From IMG/VR virus record IMGVR_UViG_3300037470_000433, positions 1 to 57,852 of that record: a DNA stretch of 57,852 nt. The stretch is one strand, 5' to 3'. Positions 48,039 to 56,386 of this stretch are shown one piece after another. The stretch comes from a virus. Its lineage: Duplodnaviria; Caudoviricetes. How positions within the stretch are numbered: the stretch's first letter is position 1; every line of letters starts with the position of its first letter. The notes beneath the pieces are model-generated. The model was given only the letters and a program-made list of their open reading frames with translations, had not been told where the DNA came from and ran no database searches. Made by a program: the position numbers and the translations under genes.

Positions 48039-48548
48039 ATGCAAATCGAGATTACTTCTGAGTACCTGGCCTCTCAAGGTCTTTCACCAACTTTCGCTGA
48101 TCGGTTCTGGGATAAGGTCCTGATTGTGCCTTACGACCGGGGGTGCTGGCTGTGGACGGCGAGCTGTCACGACTTCGGATATGGCCAGATCGGAAAAGGG
48201 GGCCACTTGGGTGCTCCGATAAAATCGCACGTCGCTTCGTGGCTGCTGCATTTCGGCCCAGTGCCGGACGGGATGTGCGTCTGCCACAAGTGCGACAACC
48301 CGCCATGCGTAAACCCAAGCCACCTGTTCCTCGGGACCAGGGCAGAGAATCTTGCGGACATGAGGGCAAAGAAGCGAGGCGCGAGGGGCGAATCTCACGG
48401 CATGAAAAAGCTAACCCAACACCAAGTTGACCGAATGCGCTCATTGCACATTCCGGGCGTAACCACGTACGAATCTATCGGGATAGAGTTCGGCGTGAGC
48501 GGTGAGATGGCGAGCCGAATCATTCGTAATCTTAACTGGCTTCGCTAA
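48039..48548 (+). CDS. HNH homing endonuclease, antisense to the tail operon
   Basis: 'RFWDKV…GCWLW…[19 protein letters not shown]'. Confidence 0.92.
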   Translation: MQIEITSEYLASQGLSPTFADRFWDKVLIVPYDRGCWLWTASCHDFGYGQIGKGGHLGAPIKSHVASWLLHFGPVPDGMCVCHKCDNPPCVNPSHLFLGTRAENLADMRAKKRGARGESHGMKKLTQHQVDRMRSLHIPGVTTYESIGIEFGVSGEMASRIIRNLNWLR

Positions 48549-48553
48549 CACCG

Positions 48554-50350
48554 CTAACAGGTGATGCGATCATACAACTTCCTGCCCAGCTTGGTCGCGT
48601 GCAGGTAAATCCCACGTATGCGGCAAAAACCCTTAACAGTTAACCTAAGCTGGCATTGATAGAACTGGTCGGATGGCCGCCCGGTCGCTGTGGCGCAACT
48701 TGCTGGCGGTTTCGGCATGGTCATCGTGGAAAAATATGACTCCAAGCATGGAGTAAGCGGGTATCCCGCAGGGGCGCTAACGCTCTCGGACGAGTTCTTG
48801 GTCGAGCACTTGTCCCACATGTGGTACAAAATCCAGCACGCCTGGCCGTCGGGTCGAAACTCCAGGAAGAAGTTCACCTTGCCAAAGAGGCGGTCAATCC
48901 ATAGCTCTGCGCCCACCAGCTTCTTCAGGCTCAACTCATCGCCCCAGGTGAACGCCGGCGTCTCGACGATGAACGGGATGCGGCTATCGCCGTTGTCGAA
49001 TCGCTCATGATCTGTCAGCTCCCAAAGCGCGATCTCATTTGCTTCGTTGACAACAGTGGCGAATGCACGCTCGCGACCACCGTAATCTCCGGTGGCCATT
49101 TGCAGGATGCTGAGCCCTTCGTACATGCCCTCCCAGTTCGGCATCTTCTGCTGCGCGAACGAGCTGATCGGAACGAAGTCCAGCGGAATGAGCGCGCGAT
49201 GCACCACGCCTTGCGACCGCTGCTCTGGAAGCGCGGTTTGCAGCAGCCGGTTGTCAAAGTAGATGCCGCTGGAAAATCGAAGCAGCGCCCGGTCGTTGAA
49301 TTGCAGGATGCGCTGCTCGTTGGCGCTGATTGGAATGTTGCCCCACTGGCCGAAGAAGCGCGTGGACTGATTGAGTGAGCGGATGCCCGGCTCCAGCGAC
49401 TGGCCAAAAAGGTCGCCGTTGACCGTTGTCACCGAGCGGTCGTTGACCCAGCCGTTGTCGAGCTGCACCACCGTCATCAGCGGCTGGTTATTGTTGTCGG
49501 CAGCAATCCAGTCGTTGCGGGTGACTGGCACGTTGAGCGCGTAGATCGCCTTGCGCGTGCTGACGAACAGCCGGCCCTGCCCCAGCGCGGCGTCAATGTT
49601 GGCGCTGTGCTTGATGGCGCGAATGAGCGTGCCGTCACTGGAGGGGATGGTGAAGCCGTCACCATCCAGCACCATGGGATTCTCGGTGACGTTCAGGACG
49701 GAATCGGTATTTTCGTAGGCCACCGTTCCGGAAGGTCCGCGCACAATATCCCCCGCGTTGACCTGCCGGTCCTGCGCGTACCAAAGGCGGCCCATGAAAT
49801 AGTCCATCGCCGTGGCGGCGGGAATCTCATTGACCCCAGGAGTGCCGGGCGCGACCGCAGAATTGGTTATACCAAGGGATCGCCGAAGCGTGACACCATC
49901 CCAGATGAACGGCAGGGTGACCCCATCCCCCGCCTGAATCACGAGGAACTGCTCTGCCTGCACAAAGTAGGCATACGGAGCATCGGGCGGATTGAATTGT
50001 GGCGAGTTGGTGGGGAACAGGGCTGTCAGGTCAATCACAGCTCCGGTGGTGGGATAGACCGCGTAAATGTGTCCACCAATGGAGTGAACCTCGTAGGGGT
50101 CGGAGCTGGTCGGTGAGTAGGTGAATTTTCCCTGGAACAATGCTGAGCCGTCATGGATGATGCAAACCGGCTGCCATCCCCAGCGCGGCGTGATGCCGCC
50201 ATCGCGCACGGTTGCATTGTTGAGCCACGCGAGCTGGTTGCGCGGCAAGCCGCCGGGGTTGCGCTCGCTTTGCATCGTGGTGACAGCGATGGAATTCACC
50301 CCGCCAGAGAAGTCGAGCGAGCCATCAGTGATGATTACATCCGATTCCAT
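48554..50350 (-). CDS. Putative tail nozzle / DNA-stabilisation protein (P22 gp10 or tubular B-like)
   Basis: 598 aa, beta-rich; N-terminal 'DFSGGVN…N..VRDG..TPRWG'. Confidence 0.6.
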   Translation of the reverse strand: MESDVIITDGSLDFSGGVNSIAVTTMQSERNPGGLPRNQLAWLNNATVRDGGITPRWGWQPVCIIHDGSALFQGKFTYSPTSSDPYEVHSIGGHIYAVYPTTGAVIDLTALFPTNSPQFNPPDAPYAYFVQAEQFLVIQAGDGVTLPFIWDGVTLRRSLGITNSAVAPGTPGVNEIPAATAMDYFMGRLWYAQDRQVNAGDIVRGPSGTVAYENTDSVLNVTENPMVLDGDGFTIPSSDGTLIRAIKHSANIDAALGQGRLFVSTRKAIYALNVPVTRNDWIAADNNNQPLMTVVQLDNGWVNDRSVTTVNGDLFGQSLEPGIRSLNQSTRFFGQWGNIPISANEQRILQFNDRALLRFSSGIYFDNRLLQTALPEQRSQGVVHRALIPLDFVPISSFAQQKMPNWEGMYEGLSILQMATGDYGGRERAFATVVNEANEIALWELTDHERFDNGDSRIPFIVETPAFTWGDELSLKKLVGAELWIDRLFGKVNFFLEFRPDGQACWILYHMWDKCSTKNSSESVSAPAGYPLTPCLESYFSTMTMPKPPASCATATGRPSDQFYQCQLRLTVKGFCRIRGIYLHATKLGRKLYDRITC

Positions 50351-50394
50351 TGACCCGAAGCTGCTCCACCTGCATCTTCTTTACAAGCTAAACC

Positions 50395-53300
50395 ATGCCT
50401 GACGCATCCGCCCCAGCCGCTCCGTTCATCAAAAAAACCGTCCACAAGTCGTCGGGACGCTTCCTGCGCTACGGCATCTTCTGGCAGCCGCATGTTGACC
50501 CGCTGGCCATGGAACTGGACTGCATCCGCATGGGTGGAAAGTGGATCAAGCAGAACGGCGACGAAGCCGGACTTGGTTTGAAGTATCACTATCGCAAGTT
50601 TCAGGAGCTGGCGTGGCCGTTCAAAATCTGGGAGAAGGGGCCGTTCAAGAACCACTGGGCTGAGGAGTGCCTCGACGCGTACCTGAACTACACCTACATC
50701 GGCGCCATGGGCTGCGCCGGGTGCGTTCGCGGCGACACCAAGCTCCTGAACCCGCTGACGATGGAGGAGCCGACGGTTCGATCCCTGTGCGAGAACAATA
50801 CTCACCCCATCGTAATGACGGCGCTTGGCCCAATCCGGTCTGGGGTGCCGTTCGTAAAGGGGGTCGCCGAGATTTACGAAGTTTCCACCAGCTCAGGAAG
50901 GAAATTCAACGCGACTGCGGAGCACTTGGTTTTGTTGACCACAGGAGTTTTTTGCCACGTCGCTGATCTCCTATGCGGGAGTTCGATTCTAATATCCGAG
51001 CCAAGCCGCCTGGCGTCCACTTGGGAACATGACCCGACAACTCATGCCTTAGATGGTCTGCGTTTTTGGCAAACAACTCCAGATTCTCAATTCGATTGTC
51101 GGCCTTGTTCTTGTTCTTGTGATGAACCACTTCCCGTCGGGTCAGCGGCCTTCCAAGGAAGTTCGACATCACCAGTCGGTGCTCTGGAACGTAGGTCCTC
51201 GCCGGGCGGCGAGCATTCGGATGGCCTGGGCAATACACCAGGACGTAACCATCTTTATCAATCAGACGGCCACCTCGCCACTGGCTATTCCGCTCTGCTG
51301 GAAACGAAGCCGGGAAATTTCGATCAGCGTCGTGCCTTTTCAGGAATGGACGGACGTGACGCTCACCCGCTCCGACCGCACGACATATCTGTTTTATTGA
51401 ACAACCTTCAGCGCTCATCTTCAGAACCAATTCCCGGTTTCTTTCGCAGGCTGAATTCTCACGTTTCATATCCCAGACTATGGGTTGCGCGGGATGTGGT
51501 CACAAGCATAAAACCCGTCGGGGTTGAGAAATTTTACGACTTGCAGGTGCCGTACGCCCATCACTACTACGCTGAAGGGTTCATTCATCACAACAGCGGC
51601 AAGAGCGACAGCTTCGGCGGCAACGTGCTCACCGACTGGTACGCCCACTCATCTTGCACGACGGTCCTGGTATCCTCCACCGACCTGAAAAGCCTGGAGC
51701 TTCGCATCTGGGGTATGATCAAGAAGTATCACAAGGCGGTGAAGTCGGAGCATCCATGGATGCCTGGATACCTGATCGAGGGAAGGCAGATGCTCACGCT
51801 TGACCCAAGGGAGGAATGTGAGGACGGGCGCGACTTCAAGAACGGCATCATCGCGGTCGCCTGTAAGAAGGGGAATCAGTTCGTCGGGCTCGGGCCGCTG
51901 ATCGGAATTCACAACAAGCGGGTGCGTCTGCTGGCGGATGAGTGTTTTCCGGCTGGGACTCCGGTCAACACCACGATGGGGACAATGCCCATTGAGTGGA
52001 TTTGCCCAGGTGACACCGTAATGTCGGCGATTGGACCAAGAAGGGTTACGGCAACTTCAAGAAAGCTGGCGAGATCGCTGGTGCTGGTGTCAATGGCTGA
52101 TGGCAGGCAAATTCGCTGCACCCCTGAGCATCCATTTCTAACTCAGGTAGGCTGGGTGAAAGCTATTGACCTTAACCAGACGCATTACATACCCTGCGTC
52201 AATGAAACATTGCGAATTCTGCAAGAAACCAATGCCGGAAAAGAACAGGCGATTCTGCGGGCTATCCTGCAACGCGAAATGGATGCACAGCCAGCCGGAA
52301 ATCAGGAAGGCGAGAGACGCCAAGATTTCCAAGGCGTTCGTGGAGCTTCACAAGAAGAACCCACACTGGGCGGAGGAAGCCCGGGAGCGCATGACCACAA
52401 ATTCTCCAATGAAGGACCCTGCAAACCGAGCCAAGATGTCAGAAACCTTGAAGCGCATTGGGCACAAACCCTCCATCCGTGGAGGGAACGGCACTGGCCC
52501 AACTGCGGCGGAGAAGATTCTTTGCGAGCGATTCCCCGAAGCGAAGTGGAATTATGCGATCACAACAGGAATGAAGCGTGGCAGCGGATACCCGCAGAGC
52601 TACAAGGTGGACCTCGGGTTTCCGATCATCAGGCTTGGGGTCGAGGCGGACGGGGGTTCGCATTGTTCTTTGGCGAGGAAGATGCAGGACAACAAGAAAG
52701 TGGAATTCCTTCGGGGGCTTGGGTGGGCAGTGTGCAGGTTCTCGAATCAGGACATAATCAACCGGACGGACTGGGTGGTGGATATACTGAAGTCTTTAAT
52801 CTCAGTGTCGAAGGCCACCCAAGCTACTCCGTCAACGGATTGATAGTCCATAACTGCAACCTCATGCCTCGGGCCTTCCTGGATGCCGCCTCCAACCTCA
52901 GCAAGTGCGAGGACTTCAAGCTGGTCGGACTCGGAAACCCGAACGAGACAACCAACGCGCACGGCTTCCTTTGCGAGCCGTCTGCCGAGCTGGGCGGATG
53001 GGAAGGCGGCATTGACCAGACCCCCGGGACCAAGACCTGGAAAACCCGATTCCCGAACGGCATTTGCATCCAGCTTCCCGGCAGCGACTCGCCCAACATG
53101 AAGGCGCCAGAGGGTGAGCCTCCGCCGTTCCCATTCCTGATCACGCGCCAGCAGATGCACGACGATGCCCTGATCTGGGGCAAGGACGACTGGCACTTCA
53201 CGATGATGAACGAGGCCAAGATGCCTCGCGGTCAGGGCAGTCGGCGCGTCCTCACCCGGCAGGCGTGCGTGAAGTTCGGGGCATTCAAAGAGCCGAACTG

Positions 53301-54102
53301 GCGGGACTCGCGCCGAACGAAGATCGCTTTCCTGGACGCAGCCTATCGCGGCGTGGGCGGCGACCGCTGCGTGTTTGGGGAGTTGCAGTTTGGCATGGAG
53401 GCCGAGGCGATCAACGCAGAGAAGCTGCTCACCACGATGATCAGCCAAAAGACCAACGACAACGACGGGCGCACGATCATCGCCCTGATTGACCTGGTAA
53501 CCATCCCGATCAGTTCCGCCCAGGGCGCCGACTCGCCGGAGGACCAGATCGTCAAGTTCGTCATGGAGTCCTGCAACGCCCGGGACATCATTCCAGAGAA
53601 TTTCTACTTCGACGCCGGCATGCGCACGTCACTGGTGACTGCATTCTCGCGCCTTTGGTCGCCACAGGTGCAGTCAGTTGATTGCGGCGCGCGGCCCAGC
53701 GAGGATGCGGTCAGTTCGGAAATCCGAACTAGCTGTCGCGACTACTACTCAAAGTTCGTCACCGAGCTGTGGTTCTCGGTGCGTATGGCGGTGGAATCAG
53801 GCCAGTTTCGCGGCATGACCGAGGAGGCCGCCACCGAGTTCTCCCAGCGCGAGTGGAAGATGGTTTCTGGCAACCGCATTGAGATCGAGTCCAAGGAGGA
53901 CATGAAGCTCAAAACTGGCCGATCTCCGGACTTGGCGGATGCCGTGGCGGTCGGCCTTTACGGGGCGCGCAAGAAGGGTTTCGTCATCAGCAAGCTTGCC
54001 AGGCCGCTGCCGTCCGGAAAGCGCGGCAGCGACTGGCGCGACGAACTCAGAAAAAAGGCCCAGCAGCTTGCGGCGGCTGGGCGGTTGAATTTCAAGGCTT
54101 AG
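50395..54102 (+). CDS. terL: Terminase large subunit precursor with two inteins (about 640 aa after splicing)
   Basis: Spliced Walker A GCAG|SGKS, Walker B LLADE|C, LGNP motif, nuclease 'FLDAAYRGVGGD' and 'GRSPDLADA'. Confidence 0.9.
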   Translation: MPDASAPAAPFIKKTVHKSSGRFLRYGIFWQPHVDPLAMELDCIRMGGKWIKQNGDEAGLGLKYHYRKFQELAWPFKIWEKGPFKNHWAEECLDAYLNYTYIGAMGCAGCVRGDTKLLNPLTMEEPTVRSLCENNTHPIVMTALGPIRSGVPFVKGVAEIYEVSTSSGRKFNATAEHLVLLTTGVFCHVADLLCGSSILISEPSRLASTWEHDPTTHALDGLRFWQTTPDSQFDCRPCSCSCDEPLPVGSAAFQGSSTSPVGALERRSSPGGEHSDGLGNTPGRNHLYQSDGHLATGYSALLETKPGNFDQRRAFSGMDGRDAHPLRPHDISVLLNNLQRSSSEPIPGFFRRLNSHVSYPRLWVARDVVTSIKPVGVEKFYDLQVPYAHHYYAEGFIHHNSGKSDSFGGNVLTDWYAHSSCTTVLVSSTDLKSLELRIWGMIKKYHKAVKSEHPWMPGYLIEGRQMLTLDPREECEDGRDFKNGIIAVACKKGNQFVGLGPLIGIHNKRVRLLADECFPAGTPVNTTMGTMPIEWICPGDTVMSAIGPRRVTATSRKLARSLVLVSMADGRQIRCTPEHPFLTQVGWVKAIDLNQTHYIPCVNETLRILQETNAGKEQAILRAILQREMDAQPAGNQEGERRQDFQGVRGASQEEPTLGGGSPGAHDHKFSNEGPCKPSQDVRNLEAHWAQTLHPWRERHWPNCGGEDSLRAIPRSEVELCDHNRNEAWQRIPAELQGGPRVSDHQAWGRGGRGFALFFGEEDAGQQESGIPSGAWVGSVQVLESGHNQPDGLGGGYTEVFNLSVEGHPSYSVNGLIVHNCNLMPRAFLDAASNLSKCEDFKLVGLGNPNETTNAHGFLCEPSAELGGWEGGIDQTPGTKTWKTRFPNGICIQLPGSDSPNMKAPEGEPPPFPFLITRQQMHDDALIWGKDDWHFTMMNEAKMPRGQGSRRVLTRQACVKFGAFKEPNWRDSRRTKIAFLDAAYRGVGGDRCVFGELQFGMEAEAINAEKLLTTMISQKTNDNDGRTIIALIDLVTIPISSAQGADSPEDQIVKFVMESCNARDIIPENFYFDAGMRTSLVTAFSRLWSPQVQSVDCGARPSEDAVSSEIRTSCRDYYSKFVTELWFSVRMAVESGQFRGMTEEAATEFSQREWKMVSGNRIEIESKEDMKLKTGRSPDLADAVAVGLYGARKKGFVISKLARPLPSGKRGSDWRDELRKKAQQLAAAGRLNFKA
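50722..51594 (+). mobile_element. Intein 1 (291 aa) in the terminase Walker A motif
   Basis: Starts CVRGDT; block B 'ATAEHLVL'; ends 'FYDLQVPYAHHYYAEGFIHHN' followed by Ser. Confidence 0.92.
50906..51469 (-). CDS. HTH-HNH endonuclease nested antisense within intein 1
   Basis: 'WRGGR…DGYV…HPNA…YVPEHRLVM…LGRPL…EVVHHKNKNKADNRIENL'. Confidence 0.85.
   Translation of the reverse strand: MKRENSACERNRELVLKMSAEGCSIKQICRAVGAGERHVRPFLKRHDADRNFPASFPAERNSQWRGGRLIDKDGYVLVYCPGHPNARRPARTYVPEHRLVMSNFLGRPLTRREVVHHKNKNKADNRIENLELFAKNADHLRHELSGHVPKWTPGGLARILESNSRIGDQRRGKKLLWSTKPSAPQSR
51943..52854 (+). mobile_element. Intein 2 (304 aa) after the terminase Walker B Glu
   Basis: Starts CFPAGT; block B 'CTPEHPFLT..GW'; ends 'VFNLSVEGHPSYSVNGLIVHN' followed by Cys. 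Confidence 0.92.
52202..52843 (+). CDS. Vsr/DUF559-like endonuclease nested in the +1 frame within intein 2
   Basis: MKHCEFC…FCGLSC Zn motif; 'PTAAE…YKVDLG…VEADGGSH…QD..K..FLRGLGWAVCRFSN'. Confidence 0.82.
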   Translation: MKHCEFCKKPMPEKNRRFCGLSCNAKWMHSQPEIRKARDAKISKAFVELHKKNPHWAEEARERMTTNSPMKDPANRAKMSETLKRIGHKPSIRGGNGTGPTAAEKILCERFPEAKWNYAITTGMKRGSGYPQSYKVDLGFPIIRLGVEADGGSHCSLARKMQDNKKVEFLRGLGWAVCRFSNQDIINRTDWVVDILKSLISVSKATQATPSTD

Positions 54103-54542
54103 ATCAGCCCGCTGCCGATCTTCTTGACGGCAGTGTTCAGATCACCCTCGGCGCCAACCTTGACGGCGTGCGTCTGAATGGCGTCTTTGACCTTCTGGTC
54201 ATCCAGGTTGTCAATCGCCTGCACGACAGTCTTGAGCAGCAGCTCGTTCGCGGCAGCCTTGTCGTTCTTGCGCTTGGCGAACCATCCGAAGCCCGCAGCA
54301 ACCGCTCCCAGTCCAATCTCCACGAACGGCGAATAAGGATTCATCGACGCAGTAGCTGCATTGACCGCTCCTGCTGTGGCCAGCCCGGTCGTCACCCGAG
54401 GGTCAACGACGTAGTTGGTGGAACTGGATCCGTCCGGATTGACTGTCACCTTCGGGGTCGTGCATCCGGTATAGAGGACTGCGCAGCTCAGGGTGAACCC
54501 AACACAGAATCCAATTACAGCGAGTTTGATCTTGGTTTTCAT
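54099..54542 (-). CDS. Membrane lipoprotein (possible lysis accessory)
   Basis: Basic N-terminus, hydrophobic stretch, 'YTGC', and a second transmembrane segment. Confidence 0.5.
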   Translation of the reverse strand: MKTKIKLAVIGFCVGFTLSCAVLYTGCTTPKVTVNPDGSSSTNYVVDPRVTTGLATAGAVNAATASMNPYSPFVEIGLGAVAAGFGWFAKRKNDKAAANELLLKTVVQAIDNLDDQKVKDAIQTHAVKVGAEGDLNTAVKKIGSGLI

Positions 54543-54558
54543 ATGGCGAAGTCTGCTC

Positions 54559-54960
54559 TTACAACCCCGCCGCGTCAATCGCCTGGCAGGCCCGGTGCAC
54601 CGAGATGGCCCGCAGAATCTGACTGGCGAACGCCAGGGCCTCCTGGTCGTCGCGCCCCTTCACCATCACGCCGCTGGCATTGTTGGCAATCTGTCGGCGC
54701 GTCCATGCCTCATCGTCGTAGCCGGTCAGGATGATGATGGCCACACCCGTAACGGCGTGCTTCAGCCGGGTCAGCGCAACCTCACGATTGGCATCAATTA
54801 ACCCAGGATCGAGAATGATGCCGTCATAATTCACCCGGTGCGCCATGACAATACCTTCGGCCATCGTTGATACGCCATCAATCAGGAGGTGGCCCGCGAG
54901 CTTTTCGCGCACTACCTGGCGGCAATCTGGATCGTCCTCGATATGCAGCACCTTAGCCAT
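54559..54960 (-). CDS. Single-domain response regulator (receiver, CheY-like)
   Basis: 'KVLHIEDD', 'DGIILDPGL' (phospho-Asp), 'IIILTG', 'MVKG'. Confidence 0.85.
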   Translation of the reverse strand: MAKVLHIEDDPDCRQVVREKLAGHLLIDGVSTMAEGIVMAHRVNYDGIILDPGLIDANREVALTRLKHAVTGVAIIILTGYDDEAWTRRQIANNASGVMVKGRDDQEALAFASQILRAISVHRACQAIDAAGL

Positions 54961-55246
54961 GCTTGCGGCGTTGTTTGTCACTGAAAAAATCGTCTATTTT
55001 TTGCAGAATCTTGATCATCTGTGCCTCAGCCTCGGGCGACAATTTGCCCTGAGCCTGGCGCAGCACGTCCTGCGCTACTCTAAGCTCCTCGACGAGCTTC
55101 AACAGCTTGTTGTACTCGTGGCGCGTGACAAAGAACTTCAGGAAGCCAATCACAGCCATGACTATTGCCACAGTGATTCCGCCCACTGTCATCAATAGCC
55201 GGAATCCCCGGCCTAGCTCCTCCGGCGTAATGTCTCCCATTAGCAT
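54953..55246 (-). CDS. Single-transmembrane protein with coiled coil (holin-like)
   Basis: One hydrophobic helix and a charged C-terminus; downstream of the fibre genes. Confidence 0.45.
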   Translation of the reverse strand: MLMGDITPEELGRGFRLLMTVGGITVAIVMAVIGFLKFFVTRHEYNKLLKLVEELRVAQDVLRQAQGKLSPEAEAQMIKILQKIDDFFSDKQRRKHG

Positions 55247-55299
55247 TCTCCGTCATTTGGTGATTTTGCACCCGTCAATCGCACCGTAAATCAGGTGAA

Positions 55300-55482
55300 T
55301 CACCCATCCGCTGCGATTGGCTTCAGCGCCTCAAAGTGAGCGGTCAGGTCTTGAATCGCGGCCTTCACCGCGTCGTGGTCGTTTCGGGTCAGCGCCACCC
55401 GGGAAACCAAGGCGTCAATCTGCTTCAGGTTTTCGAGGGCGGTTTCCGGCGTGAGCGGAGGTCGTGGTGGTGTTATGGCCAT
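55300..55482 (-). CDS. Small hypothetical protein
   Basis: Coupled to the fibre gene. Confidence 0.5.
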   Translation of the reverse strand: MAITPPRPPLTPETALENLKQIDALVSRVALTRNDHDAVKAAIQDLTAHFEALKPIAADG

Positions 55483-56384
55483 GTGGCGATTGCTACGCGC
55501 TTCCAGGTATTGGCGGCGACGCAGACGTAAATAAAGTCAGAGTCCCAAGCAATGTGCCCAGTCGTTCCGGCATCAGCAGCACTGGCTGGCGTCTTTGCCG
55601 TGGCGACGATGAACGTGTCTCCAGTAATCATGACCGCGCCGGCGCTGTCAATTGTCATTCTTACCGTTCCGGTCGCGGTGGTGATGGTTGGCCCGGTGTA
55701 GAAACGATGCTGAGTGACAGCATTCAACACACTTGTTCCGCCACCCCAATCCAAAGTGGTTGATCCAGAAGATGCCGACGAAACTAAAATCGCATTGAAT
55801 GCAGAGGCGGTTGCGTAAGGAGCAAGTGCTATTCGGGCCAGCTTTTGAGTGTTGTTGGTTCGGGTCGTCAAGTTGTTATCCCCACCCAGCGTCAACCCCG
55901 CCGGGGCGCCCCCGTAGCTAATGTCCAGGCCGCCATTGTAGATGTTTGCACCTCCAGACCCAGCGGCTGTCCCAATCCAAAGGCCGTCTTTCACAAAAGT
56001 TGCCGTGCGCTCCCACACGCCAGCCGTTAAGTTGTCCAGCGCAAGTCGGGGCTGCGCTGAAGCCGGTAGCGCCGCATATTGGGTTGGCAACGCATACAGC
56101 CGAAAGCCCGATGACTCGGTAGCCGCGGGAGTGGCGCCCCAGCCCTCGCCTTGCAGAAGCAGGGCCGGCGAGATTTGCTGCGCACCGTTGGCTGCCGCCG
56201 CTGTGTTGATGAACCTCTCCCCAGTCGTCACCGTCGTTCCCAGCGCGCCAAGGTCAATCGTTCGAAGCTGGTTCAGCGATAGAGCTTCGCTCACCGGACT
56301 ACCGCTGGGATCGGTTACGGCCTCAAGCAACTGATCATCAGCCGAGGCCGCTGCGGCTGGAAGTTCTGTAATTTTAATTGCCAT
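55473..56384 (-). CDS. Putative tail fibre/spike protein
   Basis: 'KITELPAA' anchor, 'RMTIDSAG' and C-terminal 'G..G.IAWDSDFIYVCVAANTWKRVAI'. Confidence 0.7.
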   Translation of the reverse strand: MAIKITELPAAAASADDQLLEAVTDPSGSPVSEALSLNQLRTIDLGALGTTVTTGERFINTAAAANGAQQISPALLLQGEGWGATPAATESSGFRLYALPTQYAALPASAQPRLALDNLTAGVWERTATFVKDGLWIGTAAGSGGANIYNGGLDISYGGAPAGLTLGGDNNLTTRTNNTQKLARIALAPYATASAFNAILVSSASSGSTTLDWGGGTSVLNAVTQHRFYTGPTITTATGTVRMTIDSAGAVMITGDTFIVATAKTPASAADAGTTGHIAWDSDFIYVCVAANTWKRVAIATWP

Positions 56385-56386
56385 AA

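Larger units (their letters stand above)
1078..53727. repeat. Dispersed palindrome TCGGAWWTCCGA (15 exact + 3 one-mismatch copies)
   Basis: Exact starts: 1078, 2153, 5533, 8493, 15314, 18090, 19295, 20799, 26866, 30269, 34098, 38401, 41206, 42133, 53716. Variants: 12085, 16060, 47759. Confidence 0.9.

Noticed and set aside
1078-53727. Palindromes as a CRISPR array or REP/MITE elements
   Set aside because: Copies are kilobases apart, only 12-24 bp long, in frame within genes, and lack spacers or target duplications; the Cas4-like gene sits in a recombination context
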